A stretch of DNA of 63,552 nucleotides, the filler included, from Octopus bimaculoides (lineage: Eukaryota): the NCBI RefSeq assembly GCF_001194135.2. It is 5 parts of 5 records of this genome, joined end to end, with 100 filler letters (N's around TTAATTAATTAA, not from the genome) between each part and the next. Parts side by side here need not be neighbours in the genome. Positions count along the whole stretch, not along the records: positions 43,161 to 62,103 come from NC_068995.1; positions 62,204 to 63,552 come from NC_069007.1; 3 more parts are not named here. One strand, given 5' to 3'. Below, piece after piece: positions 50,937-63,552 of this stretch (within the stretch, counting starts at the first letter, position 1; each line of letters opens with the position of its first letter). A program made the position numbers and the translations under genes. The notes under the pieces are model-generated. The model searched no databases, was not told the origin of the DNA, and worked only from the letters and a program-made list of their open reading frames with translations.

Positions 50937-51087
50937 GGGAGGTACATGTGTTTGATTGCGTTTCTTGTCGGGGTGTATTTATTTGTTAACTATTAAGGTA
51001 GATCTTAATGCGAGGCGGGTCCCCGAAGTTTCGTGCAATGGAACTCATCAGACTAGAAAAAATTTACATTTAGGCTATACTCACACA

Positions 51088-51132
<45 letters not shown>

Positions 51133-52681
51133 TAGCATTCTAGATATCAAAGTATATGCATGCGAAGATATACACAAAACAAAACATACAAACCTGCACG
51201 TATACATACATACATACATGCATACATACATACATACATACATACATACATACAAAAATACTATGGCGTTGATCAGGAAATTCCAATGAAGGAACCATGG
51301 ATCTCGGTTAGAAACCAGTTCTTTATTGGCAAGAAATCTTGAAACAAAGCTGAAAAATGACGTACATACATCCATATATACATACACACACATATTTATA
51401 ACATATATATATAGATAATATATATATAAATATAATATATAAATATAATATATATATATAAATAATACAGAATGGTACAAGAACACAAAGCATCCAGACA
51501 GTTAGGTGATACAAGAAAGGGACAAAACATCCAGATGGACGATACAAAGAGGACACGAACAGGTCATTCGGAGTTTTCTTTCTTCAGTCGAGATCCAGAT
51601 TATCTTTGCAATTTCGGCTGGTTATTATCGATATTGGTCCAATCTGGCCAGCCCACAATTTATATATATATATATATNNNNNNNNNNNNNNNNNNNNNNN
51701 NNNNNNNNNNNNNNNNNNNNNNNNNNNNNNNNNNNNNNNNNNNNNNNNNNNNNNNNNNNNNNNNNNNNNNNNNNNNNNNNNNNNNNNNNNNNNNNNNNNN
51801 NNNNNNNNNNNNNNNNNNNNNNNNNNNNNNNNNNNNNNNNNNNNNNNNNNNNNNNNNNNNNNNNNNNNNNNNNNNNNNNNNNNNNNNNNNNNNNNNNNNN
51901 NNNNNNNNNNNNNNNNNNNNNNNNNNNNNNNNNNNNNNNNNNNNNNNNNNNNNNNNNNNNNNNNNNNNNNNNNNNNNNNNNNNNNNNNNNNNNNNNNNNN
52001 NNNNNNNNNNNNNNNNNNNNNNNNNNNNNNNNNNNNNNNNNNNNNNNNNNNNNNNNNNNNNNNNNNNNNNNNNNNNNNNNNNNNNNNNNNNNNNNNNNNN
52101 NNNNNNNNNNNNNNNNNNNNNNNNNNNNNNNNNNNNNNNNNNNNNNNNNNNNNNNNNNNNNNNNNNNNNNNNNNNNNNNNNNNNNNNNNNNNNNNNNNNN
52201 NNNNNNNNNNNNNNNNNNNNNNNNNNNNNNNNNNNNNNNNNNNNNNNNNNNNNNNNNNNNNNNNNNNNNNNNNNNNNNNNNNNNNNNNNNNNNNNNNNNN
52301 NNNNNNNNNNNNNNNNNNNNNNNNNNNNNNNNNNNNNNNNNNNNNNNNNNNNNNNNNNNNNNNNNNNNNNNNNNNNNNNNNNNNNNNNNNNNNNNNNNNN
52401 NNNNNNNNNNNNNNNNNNNNNNNNNNNNNNNNNNNNNNNNNNNNNNNNNNNNNNNNNNNNNNNNNNNNNNNNNNNNNNNNNNNNNNNGTGATTGTGTGTG
52501 TGCATACGAGTGTGTGTATGAATATACGTTTTAGTAGTCGATAATCCACTGATCAATTTTGATTGATCACTCCTTTATTCAGAAGTGAATCAGTAATTGA
52601 GTATTTGCTCAAAGGTACCCTTGAGAAAATGCTAACGTACTGAAACACTTGTATAACTATTCACAAGACACATATACATAA

Positions 52682-52714
<33 letters not shown>

Positions 52715-52913
52715 AACACACACACACACACAAATGCTGAGGGAAATGATGGATACGAAACGGGACATCGTTCCTGCTCTGGTTAGTTCTCATTGTTTGT
52801 GATTTAGCGTCTACCCGCATCGCCTTTCTATATCAGCATCAGTTTGACAGAATTTAACGTGTACTGTATTCCACGAAAACAGAAGACTCAAAACCAACTT
52901 ACCCTGCTGCATA

Positions 52914-52984
<71 letters not shown>

Positions 52985-52999
52985 ATGATTGTATGCACA

Positions 53000-53305
53000 C
53001 AACGAAGAAGCTGGTCTCTAACAAAGATACAAAGCCCCATCGTTGGATTCTAAATAACAAAATCAATGTCACATTTTAAACTTGAGAAAAGTCTCGAACA
53101 TTTTTATTCTTCCACTTACAGATTATATGTATGTACGTACGTATGTATGTGTGTGTGTTTGTGTGTGTGTGCGTTCTCTTCTGTTTTCAATTATTTGAAC
53201 TCTTCCAACTGAGAAGGAGCTGGTTTCTAACGAAAATGCAAAGCCCCATCGTTGGACTGTAAACTTGACAAACGCCTTGCATATTTTTATTGTTCCACTT
53301 ACTAA
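53000..53305 (+). repeat. Two direct copies of a ~100-bp repeat (agctggt.tctaac.aa.at.caaagccccatcgttgga)
   Basis: Copies near 53010 and 53218. Confidence 0.75.
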
Positions 53306-53569
53306 TTACTTCTTTGCCTGTGTGTATGTATTTTTGTATGTATGTATGCTATGAATGCAAGCTGCTCGTAAACACATCTCCAGTGTAGAGAAATTAGGGA
53401 TGCCCGGTCTGCATGATTATCCAGAGCTGAGCTCATTGGCCATCAGCGGAGCCACAAGTGTAAGCTATAAGTCAGAGTGCTCAGTGTTCGTAATGGTCAA
53501 GGATGGTCTTGCACGTTTGCAAGTGACCATTCATCATGCTGGTATGCATATATGAACGTACATGTGTGT

Positions 53570-53660
<91 letters not shown>

Positions 53661-53689
53661 AGTGTGTGGCCATTGTTTGACATTTCGTA

Positions 53690-53850
53690 TCGGTTTATTT
53701 ACGTTGTCGGGAAGTAGCGGTTCAGCAAAAGACACCGATGGACTTAGAACCAGACTTGTAAGTACTAGAGTCGATTTGTTCGACTAAATCATTTCAACAC
53801 GGTACCCCAGCATGACCGCAGCCCAATGACTAAAACAAGTTGAAGAAAAA
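53690..53850 (+). mobile_element. SINE family B 3' half
   Basis: gcggttcagcaaaagacaccgat...gtcgatttgttcgactaaa...ccagcatgaccgcag. Confidence 0.7.
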
Positions 53851-53878
53851 CAATTACATAGATGTATATGTGCTGCTC

Positions 53879-53917
<39 letters not shown>

Positions 53918-54535
53918 GTGTGTGCGTTTGTGTATGTGTGGGTGTACGTATGTGTGCGCGTGTGTGTATGTGTGGGTGTGTGTGTATTCTTCTGTGTGTG
54001 TGTGTGAGTTCAGGTCAATGTGCATGGATGTTTATGCGTATATGTATGTATAAGTATAAACATGTATGTGTATATGTATGTATATGTACATACATGTATG
54101 TGTGCATGTATGTGTACATGTATGCGTTTGTGTGTGTGTACGTGTCAGTGAGTGTAGGTCTGTGTGAATAGATGTGTATGTGTGTGTATGTGTAAGTATA
54201 TACATAGATGTGTGTGCATGTTGTTTTATGCGTGTGAATGAGTGTATGTCAGTGTGCGTATATGCATATGTATGTGTGTATATGTATGCATACACGTGTC
54301 TATGCATGTGTGTGCATGTGGGTATTAGTGCATGTGTGTATATGTATGTATATACATATGTGTATGCATGTGTGTACATGTGTGTTTTTGCGTGTGTGTA
54401 TTTATAAGTAAGTGTAAGTCTGTGTATGTGTATGTATATATATATATATACATGTGCGTTTGTGTGTGTATGTATGCGAGTGAGTGTAGGTCTGTGTGGT
54501 AATGTATATATGTGCATGTATAAATATATGTGAGT

Positions 54536-54579
<44 letters not shown>

Positions 54580-54946
54580 ATGTGTGTGTTTGTGTATGTG
54601 TGCATTTCTCTTCCGTCGATATTTTCAGTAGTTATATCAAAAGAATTCTTTAAAATATATACACATATATAAACAAATATTTTCATTGATCTATATGTTT
54701 GTGACTTTCAGTATAGATGTATGTCTACCTGTGGTTGTGTTTATACAGGTATGTGTGCACGTACGTTCGTATGTAAGTACGAACGTACGCGCGTTTGCAT
54801 ATATGCGTTTATGAGTGTATGTGATGGCCATTTTTCTGTGTGTGTGAGAGACAGGGACGGATGCAGATAGGTCGATAGAGAAAGAAGGTAAAAGAGAGAG
54901 AGGGTGTGTGTGTGTGTGTGTGCGTGTGTGTGTGTGTGTGTGTGTA

Positions 54947-54985
<39 letters not shown>

Positions 54986-55368
54986 NNNNNNNNNNNNNNN
55001 NNNNNNNNNNNNNNNNNNNNNNNNNNNNNNNNNNNNNNNNNNNNNNNNNNNNNNNNNNNNNNNNNNNNNNNNNNNNNNNNNNNNNNNNNNNNNNNNNNNN
55101 NNNNNNNNNNNNNNNNNNNNNNNNNNNNNNNNNNNNNNNNNNNNNNNNNNNNNNNNNNNNNNNNNNNNNNNNNNNNNNNNNNNNNNNNNNNNNNNNNNNN
55201 NNNNNNNNNNNNNNNNNNNNNNNNNNNNNNNNNNNNNNNNNNNNNNNNNNNNNNNNNNNNNNNNNNNNNNNNNNNNNNNNNNNNNNNNNNNNNNNNNNNN
55301 NNNNNNNNNNNNNNNNNNNNNNNNNNNNNNNNNNNNNNNNNNNNNNNNNNNNNNNNNNNNNNNNNNNN

Positions 55369-55740
<372 letters not shown>

Positions 55741-56026
55741 AAACCAAATGCGGAAGGAGATTTGAAGTGTTGCTATGCATCTAAATTTCCTTGACTACAG
55801 GGTTTAGTGGAAAGTCTTAGCGTCTATCCAACTCTATCCTTCTCTGCTTCTATCAATCTATTTCTTCTCTCTATCTATTTCTATCTACCTGCCCATTTCT
55901 TCTCTCTCTCTCTCTCTATTTCTTCTATCTATCAATACTATTTCTTTCTACACATTCATATATATATATCGCTCTCACAATCTATTTATCTTTCCTCCAA
56001 TTTGACTATATCTAGGTATATGTTAT

Positions 56027-56059
<33 letters not shown>

Positions 56060-56300
56060 CTGTGTGTGTACGTTTATATACAAACAGACGTGCATATATA
56101 TTTATAGATATATGGGTATAGATATAGATATAGATATATATGTATGTATACACAAACATATGTATATATCCTTCTATGTATTTGTGTGCATACCTCTCAG
56201 ACTATCATCTATACTCTCTGTCTCTCTCTGTCTCTCCCAGGTATGCACATATATATATAGGTATGTATATAAGTATGTAGTCACAGGTGTGGCTGTAGGT

Positions 56301-56675
56301 GCAAGCATGGCTGTGTGGTAAGAAGTTTGCTTTCCAGCCACGTGGTTCCGGTTTCGGTCCCACTGCACAGAACCTTGTGCAAGTGTCTTCTCCTATAGTG
56401 TCGGGCCGAACACAGGTCTGTGAGTGGATTTAGTTGACGGAAACTAAAAGACAGCTGTCGTATACATGTGTGTGTGTGTGTGTGTGTTTGTACCCTTTCA
56501 CCGCTTGACAACCGATGTTTGTGTTAACGTCCGTCCCCGTAGCTTTACGGTTCGGTAAAAGAGACCGATAGAATAATTATCTGGCTTAAAAAGAATAAGT
56601 CCGACTAAAATTGTTCAAGGTAGTGCCGCAGCATGGTGGCAGTTTAATAACTGAAACAAGTAAAGGATAAAAGAT
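56301..56675 (+). mobile_element. SINE family B, full length (tRNA-like head, internal (TA)/(TG) microsatellite, 3' body)
   Basis: gcatggctgtgtggtaagaag (A box), ggttccggtttcggtccc (B-box-like), ggcaagtgtcttct core, aagagaccgatagaataa...actgaaacaagtaaa. Confidence 0.85.
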
Positions 56676-56683
56676 ATGTATAT

Positions 56684-57047
56684 CAGTGGCGACTCCGGCA
56701 CTCGGGCTGTTCCGGCTTGGCCCGAGTATAAATTTAGTAAAGTGAACGTGTATTTGCAAGCTGATTTAATTTCTGCCAACACTCACTTCAAGTATGTAAT
56801 TGCAGCCAATAATTTGGGCTCCTTTTATTTAGTCCGGCCGCAGTTCTTTTATGTTCGTTCAGCGTCTGGCGGTATCTTAGAAGTGCCCTGTGTCGAAAAA
56901 TATCATTCGTAGCAGACGTTCTCTCGACATCGTTCACGCATGCCTGACTCGCGCTCAGAAGTTACAGCCCGAATTGTTATCAATAATCGTAAAAGTAATT
57001 CAAATTCAATGTTTCTTGAAACAAGAAATTTCTATTGAGATTAGGTT
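56684..57047. mobile_element. Possible hAT-type element left end
   Basis: Begins cagtggcgactcc...gggc, is CpG-rich relative to its flanks and runs into a gap. The other TIR is not visible. Confidence 0.3.
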
Positions 57048-57384
57048 NNNNNNNNNNNNNNNNNNNNNNNNNNNNNNNNNNNNNNNAAAAGACTAAATGG
57101 CATCTTTTCTCAAGAGTACAGGCGAAAGTCAAGATTGCTGATGTTTGTGCACTCCGCTGTCGTTATTTCAGTGCTGTTATTTTGTGCGTCTGGGTGTAAA
57201 GATCAGTTGTGTTTTGTAGGGTCGCTTTATTTTTACCCTTGATTTATAAATGGAGAAAGACATAGTTAGTGCTAGATATAAAAAAATTAAGCTATTTGGA
57301 GTTGGAAATATTGCGGAAAAACGTGAAATTCTTCGAGCAGGCATGTGTCTTATGCGAAATCTTTGATGAGTCCGAGTGACGAAA

Positions 57385-57482
57385 TCGGCCCGGGGCTATA
57401 ATAGAAGACACATGTCGGAGGTAACACGCCCCAAGACCACATGATTAGGAAGCAAACTTCTTAACCTCACAGCCACGCTTGC
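57385..57482 (-). mobile_element. SINE family B head, degraded
   Basis: Reverse complement gcgtggctgtgaggttaagaagtttgcttcc. Confidence 0.65.
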
Positions 57483-58041
57483 GATATGGTCACTAATGGA
57501 ATGTCTTTCATCATAAGTCTGCTGACCTGAAGAGCAAGCAACACTTCACACAGACAATATGGAAGTTTCTATGTGGTCAATCAGCTGAGAGACACACGCT
57601 TTATCGTCTTAAATATTGATAAAGCAAGGCACATTAGATAAAGTATTCCTAAATAGCCTTTCCAATCCGACGTGATGGCCACGATCAGAAAGTCTTTCAT
57701 CTGCTAGAAATAGCAACCAAATATCACTCAAATCATATTCTATCGCCTTACAAAAAAAAAACGGCTGGAGACGTTAGATAATGTAGTCACTCCTATGAAA
57801 CCTTAAAACTCAAACGGCTGGTCACGGTTGGAATGCTTGTAATTATATATTAGCTTTGTTTAAGGTTGAACTCTTAGAATTAACGTGCCTATTTTAGTCG
57901 TGTCAAACCGGTTAGAAATAGCATTCAAATGTCCCTCAATTTACATCACGCTGTCTGTCTTAGAGAAACAATATAAAGGCTGGATACAGTTAGTAACGTT
58001 CTCCTTGATACTACTACTAATACAGCTACTACTACTACTAT

Positions 58042-58080
<39 letters not shown>

Positions 58081-59894
58081 CCCCACCACCACCACCACCA
58101 CCGCCGCCGCTGCTGCCGCCACCACTATCACCACCACCACCACCANNNNNNNNNNCACCACCACCGCCGCCGCTGCTGCCGCCACCACTATCACCACCAC
58201 CACCACCATCACCACTACCACCACCATCACCACCACTATTACTACCACCACCACCACCACTGCTATTACTACTACTACTACTATTACTGAAACTACTACT
58301 ACCACCACCACCACAACTACTACCGCCGCCGCTGCTACCACTATTACTGCTGCTGCTGCTATTACTACTACTACGATGACAACTACTACTACTACTACTA
58401 CTATTGACTTGCGTTGCTTTGGTCGGGCACGATGATGGAGGCGCCACCTATCCCGTTTAATAATAGGCTCCGTGTAGCATTGTTCCATCGTTTTGTATTT
58501 CAAAGCAAATAAATACCTTGGGGTTGCTGATCCCCACTTAAATAGGGAAAGGAACGTTTATATGGTCGGTGGCTGGGCTGTTTTAGAAATAGCAGCTAGA
58601 TTTCCTTTTAAATCACGCAAAGAAAGAGACAGTTGGGTGAAGATGGATGAGAATGGGAGGGAAAGAGAGACGGGAAACGGAGAGAAAGAATGTGTGAGAG
58701 GGGGGAAAGAAGTGTGAGGCAGACAGACAGACAGATAGATAGTCAGAAAGAGACTGGGAGAGAGAGAGGGGGAAAGAGACAAAGGAAGACAAAGAGAGAC
58801 AAAGAGAGACAGAGATAGACAAAGAGATAGACAGACAAAGAGTGGATGAGAGGGAAAGAGAGAGAGGAAGAGAGACAGAAATAGATAGAGATAGACAGAG
58901 AGACAAAGAGGCTGACAGAGAGAGAAGGAGAGAGACAGATACACAGACAAGGGTAGATTGTATTGTTGCAGTTACAATGCTCTTCTTTTTATTTTTATTA
59001 TTTTTTTTTTTGTCATAGGTCAGCTTGGTCAGAGTTGGCCAGACTTAGGGTTAAACAACAACGGCTATGATTGCTGAGGGTTACATTTTCGTCTGCCCTT
59101 AAAACGCAAGCGTCACTAAGAATATTCCGTTCCTGATTTTGTTTTTCTTATACGTACATCGTCTGTTACTAGAAGCAGTCTACGAGACTGCAGACGAGGA
59201 AAAACAAGTATCAGACGATTGAACGGACCCCAGTAGTTACTTCAAGTGATTGTTGAAATAAGATGGGATGGTCACGACTGGAAAAAACACTGGTAATAAA
59301 CAACACGCACACGAACACACACACACACACACATATGAATATTCATAAAAGCACGTACACATACATTCGTGCACCCCGCCGTACGTATATGCACATGCGT
59401 ACAAAGACGCCTGCACACAATGTCTTCCATTGTAGCAGACGACTTTTACAGAAGGTAGTAAAAGTCAGTAAACCGAAAAAAGCAAACATCAGACCATCAG
59501 AGCAACAGAACATCGGAATATCAGAATATCAGAATAGCAGAACATCAGAACGGCTAAGTGCTGTATGGACGCGAATGTTGTGTGTTTAATATACGTTATG
59601 TATGAAGCTATACGTTGTTTCAGCCGACATATGCTGTACCAACAGCAGTCACAACATCAGCTGAAGTATAGCTTAAGCAAAAGGTGCACTACTATTGCAG
59701 CAGTTTTCACTTCTTCCCGCCACTTTTGTCTAACGTTAATAATAATGTCGGTCTGCGTTTGTCGACATTACTAGTTTTCACAATATCCTGGCCGTCGTCA
59801 TCCAACGATCAGCGAACGGTGGTACAGGCTCAGAGTTTATTTAATTATTCTGGGGGAATTTTTGACTATACTCTTTCCTCTTCTACTGCTGCTG

Positions 59895-59943
<49 letters not shown>

Positions 59944-60088
59944 AACTACTTTTACTACTACTCATACTGCTGCTTATGCTCCTGCTGCTACCATCCATCA
60001 CTTTCTGCCTGTCGCAATATATACAGGCGTGTGTGTATACAGAAATGTATACATACATATCTATATCTATTTATCGGGATATAAATTC

Positions 60089-60119
<31 letters not shown>

Positions 60120-60120
60120 C

Positions 60121-60152
<32 letters not shown>

Positions 60153-61482
60153 NNNNNNNNNNNNNNNNNNNNNNNNNNNNNNNNNNNNNNNNNNNNNNNN
60201 NNNNNNNNNNNNNNNNNNNNNNNNNNNNNNNNNNNNNNNNNNNNNNNNNNNNNNNNNNNNNNNNNNNNNNNNNNNNNNNNNNNNNNNNNNNNNNNNNNNN
60301 NNNNNNNNNNNNNNNNNNNNNNNNNNNNNNNNNNNNNNNNNNNNNNNNNNNNNNNNNNNNNNNNNNNNNNNNNNNNNNNNNNNNNNNNNNNNNNNNNNNN
60401 NNNNNNNNNNNNNNNNNNNNNNNNNNNNNNNNNNNNNNNNNNNNNNNNNNNNNNNNNNNNNNNNNNNNNNNNNNNNNNNNNNNNNNNNNNNNNNNNNNNN
60501 NNNNNNNNNNNNNNNNNNNNNNNNNNNNNNNNNNNNNNNNNNNNNNNNNNNNNNNNNNNNNNNNNNNNNNNNNNNNNNNNNNNNNNNNNNNNNNNNNNNN
60601 NNNNNNNNNNNNNNNNNNNNNNNNNNNNNNNNNNNNNNNNNNNNNNNNNNNNNNNNNNNNNNNNNNNNNNNNNNNNNNNNNNNNNNNNNNNNNNNNNNNN
60701 NNNNNNNNNNNNNNNNNNNNNNNNNNNNNNNNNNNNNNNNNNNNNNNNNNNNNNNNNNNNNNNNNNNNNNNNNNNNNNNNNNNNNNNNNNNNNNNNNNNN
60801 NNNNNNNNNNNNNNNNNNNNNNNNNNNNNNNNNNNNNNNNNNNNNNNNNNNNNNNNNNNNNNNNNNNNNNNNNNNNNNNNNNNNNNNNNNNNNNNNNNNN
60901 NNNNNNNNNNNNNNNNNNNNNNNNNNNNNNNNNNNNNNNNNNNNNNNNNNNNNNNNNNNNNNNNNNNNNNNNNNNNNNNNNNNNNNNNNNNNNNNNNNNN
61001 NNNNNNNNNNNNNNNNNNNNNNNNNNNNNNNNNNNNNNNNNNNNNNNNNNNNNNNNNNNNNNNNNNNNNNNNNNNNNNNNNGTAATGGTGCAGTATGTTA
61101 CTATACGTCTAGCTATGTATGCTTTATTCTAACAATATATAACTGCTTGCATATACATATGGGAACAGACATATATCTGTATATCTATGTATATATGCAT
61201 ATATGTGCGTGTGTGTGTATGTGCATGTGTATGTTCGTATGTATGTAAGTGCACCTGCTTGTGTACGTGTGCATGTGTGTGTGTCTTTGTGTGTCTGTGT
61301 GTGTGTGTGTGTGTGGTTGTGTCTGTGTTTGTGTATGTGTGGGGGCTTGGGTCAGCGTGTGTGTGTGTGTGTTCGTGTTTGTATGAAAGCCACACAGTCT
61401 ATAGATGTGGCATATTTCAGCTGTGTATTCAGAACAAAATGCCACATGTATTTATTTGAATATAAGTCTATACGCATGTTTG

Positions 61483-61544
<62 letters not shown>

Positions 61545-62420
61545 TGCGTGTGTGTGTGTGTGTGTGTTAGCGTTACTGGCTCATGTAACAACAGTCAGAA
61601 GATTCCATTTATCTACCCGAGTAGAACTTGCGCGCGTACACACATACACACACACGCACACACACGAACAACACAAACCTAAGCAAAAGTAAAATGTAAC
61701 AAAATAATAAACATGACTACAAAATATATAATTACGTATAATTACGTATAATTACGTATAATTACGCTATGAGGAAGGAATACAGAAGTGTGGCTACGTG
61801 CGTCCGTGTTCGTAGTGCGTGGGGCAATGGAATAAATGCACATATAAATACACATATATATACATCTATATATATACACAATTATATATGTATATGTATA
61901 TATCTGTATAAATATATACATGTGTATAGATAGATATATATATACATACATAAGTACATACATATTAAGTATATATTATACATATACAAGTATATACATA
62001 TATTTATATATGTATATGTATATGCATATACATATAAATATATATATATATGCGTGTGTGTGTGTGTCTGTGTGTGTGTGCGTATATGTACATATGTATC
62101 TATNNNNNNNNNNNNNNNNNNNNNNNNNNNNNNNNNNNNNNNNNNNNTTAATTAATTAANNNNNNNNNNNNNNNNNNNNNNNNNNNNNNNNNNNNNNNNN
62201 NNNGTGTCTCAGTATGTATCGCTGCATGCGCTTCGTTTCCATTTGCAAATGTAAACATTACTGTTTGAACAAGTGTGTGTCTAATGAGATAAACCTTGTC
62301 ATTAGTGATGACAAAATGCATTCAATGCAATTTGTCAGAAGCAGGTAAAACGTTACCACCTACAGCATCATCCGTCCCCCACCCTCCACACACATCGTCA
62401 TCGTGATCATCACCAACATC

Positions 62421-62452
<32 letters not shown>

Positions 62453-62535
62453 CATCATCATCTTTATCATTATCATCATCATCATTATTACTATTATTAC
62501 AATTATTATTATTATTATTAATATTATTATTATTT

Positions 62536-62670
62536 AATAGTTTTATTCTTTTTTTACGTGCTTTCACTGCACTGCCTAGCGCAGCTCTGTGTGCCTTGGG
62601 TGTGCTGTGGGTTGTTGAGGTGCTCTAATTTCTAATATATTGAAAGTATTTTACGTAGGATGGGTGCGGT
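62536..62670 (-). mobile_element. R4/Dong-type LINE extreme 3' end (TAHILRKILSI* plus UTR) ending at (TAA)n/(GAT)n
   Basis: Direct nucleotide similarity to 15345-15490 (gtgctttcact.cact...agcgcagctctgtg.gccttggg). Confidence 0.85.
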
Positions 62671-62679
62671 GTTTCTGTT

Positions 62680-62846
62680 GGGTATACCCATCATGAGTAC
62701 CCTTCAGATAAGGGTACGCCAGTAGGTACATGCATCACAACAATATGTGCGCGACATAGTAATTTCATATCAAGCTAAACAGCGCATGACCTCGCAGGTG
62801 AGGCCCAGTCTGAATCTTCTTCAGATTGAATAGGCCGTCCAGCTCA
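62680..62846. mobile_element. Partial copy of the unclassified repeat at 37461-37823, fused to an R4 3' end
   Basis: Alignment by eye to 37461-37600. Confidence 0.7.
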
Positions 62847-62879
62847 TACTCATTTAGATATGGTATATTTTGCGCAATG

Positions 62880-63095
62880 CTTGAAGCCAACAGGTTTCCT
62901 CAAATCTCAAGCATTTTGGAATTCTTGCAGAACATAAATGGTACGTTTATCTGCCGGGCAACAAGCCAATGTCAGTTCCATTGTGTTCCAGTCGTTTAGG
63001 CGTTGTGCCAAGTGCACTACTTTCTATAGTAATAATTGCTTTCTTAGTTTTCCACAGTCCTACCAGCACTTTGGTTAAAACCTGATATTTCTCAT
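62880..63095 (-). mobile_element. R4/Dong-type RLE C-terminal fragment, degraded
   Basis: EKYQVLTKVLVGLWKTKKAIITIESSALGTTPKRLE...SARI. Confidence 0.6.
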
Positions 63096-63096
63096 T

Positions 63097-63470
63097 TATT
63101 ATTACCTCCGCCTTAGCGAAAGCGGAGATATTGTTGCGTTTTCTTGCTTGTTTGATTGTCCGTGGACAAGATATCTCAAGAACCGCCGGATAGATTCGGA
63201 TGAAAATTTCAGGGATGTTTGGCCTTGTGACTGGCACAAACCGAATAGATTCTGGGATTGATCTGGCACCGGACAAGGATTCTGGATAAATTTTTCCTGT
63301 TTTTTTTTACTTAATTTTTGAGAGCGGTTGGGTTAATTTTTACTATTCTCATAAATGAGAATAGCTGATTTTATTTAAAATATTCTCATTTAAAAATCAA
63401 CTCTAGCTAATCATTGAGAAGACATTGTTGCCTTAGCGGAGGTTTGCGCTCTCTGAGTTCGCTTTTCGTT
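63097..63470 (+). mobile_element. Non-autonomous Helentron-type (HINE/DINE-1-like) element
   Basis: 5' ttattacctccgcc sub-TIR, 3' gcggaggt partner followed by a short hairpin (gcgctctctgagttcgc) and T-rich end. Internal perfect hairpin ctattctcat-aa-atgagaatag at 63343-63364. Inserted in TT context. Confidence 0.7.
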
Positions 63471-63477
63471 ATTATTT

Positions 63478-63552
63478 TCATTCGTCCGTCTTTACGTTCT
63501 GAGTTCAAGTTCCGCCGTGGTCGACTTTGCCTTTCTTCTTTCGGATTCGAAA
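63478..63552 (+). mobile_element. SINE family A, partial (cut by window end)
   Basis: cgttctgagttcaagttccgccgtggtcgactttgccttt. Confidence 0.75.

Noticed and set aside
51545-51600. Minus-strand ctgaaga...cgaat hammerhead-like motif
   Set aside because: GAAA is replaced by GAAT and the cleavage-site U is missing, so it is too degenerate to call.
54760-54789. 12-bp perfect hairpin cgtacgttcgta/tacgaacgtacg
   Set aside because: Lies in purine-pyrimidine alternating DNA where short palindromes arise easily.
56676-56912. 78-aa ORF
   Set aside because: No recognisable domain; it overlaps a probable transposon end.
58090-58205. Duplicated ccgccgccgctgctgccgcc block across a 10-N gap
   Set aside because: Same contig-overlap pattern.

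Overview
A repeat-dominated eukaryotic draft-assembly window, AT-rich, with roughly 8-9 kb of N gaps and very dense microsatellites. The tRNA-headed SINE families and RTE/Ceph-type tails point to a coleoid cephalopod, probably Octopus. That is inference from my recall of these families, not a database match. Almost all supplied ORFs are artefacts of N runs or microsatellites. The only host-gene signal I can support is two small spliced + strand exons (26145-26202 and 27186-27269) that join in frame into a coiled-coil-like peptide of unknown identity, so most of the window is probably intronic. The rest is transposon debris: two Tx1/L1-clade LINE copies of different age, at least six R4/Dong-type RLE LINE fragments tied to (TAA)n tracts, a Penelope-like GIY-YIG fragment with a candidate hammerhead ribozyme, Tc1/mariner and hAT remnants, a Helentron-type non-autonomous element, and about 25 SINE pieces. 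I cannot demonstrate a novel biological system. The best leads are a 76-bp near-perfect palindrome whose only mismatches are C/C or G/G, a 600-bp ACATGT-anchored quasi-array, stacked (TAA)n-targeted R4 insertions with a possible chimeric non-autonomous derivative, and the hammerhead-bearing Penelope terminal repeat. Coordinates of degraded repeats are approximate (about +/-20 bp).
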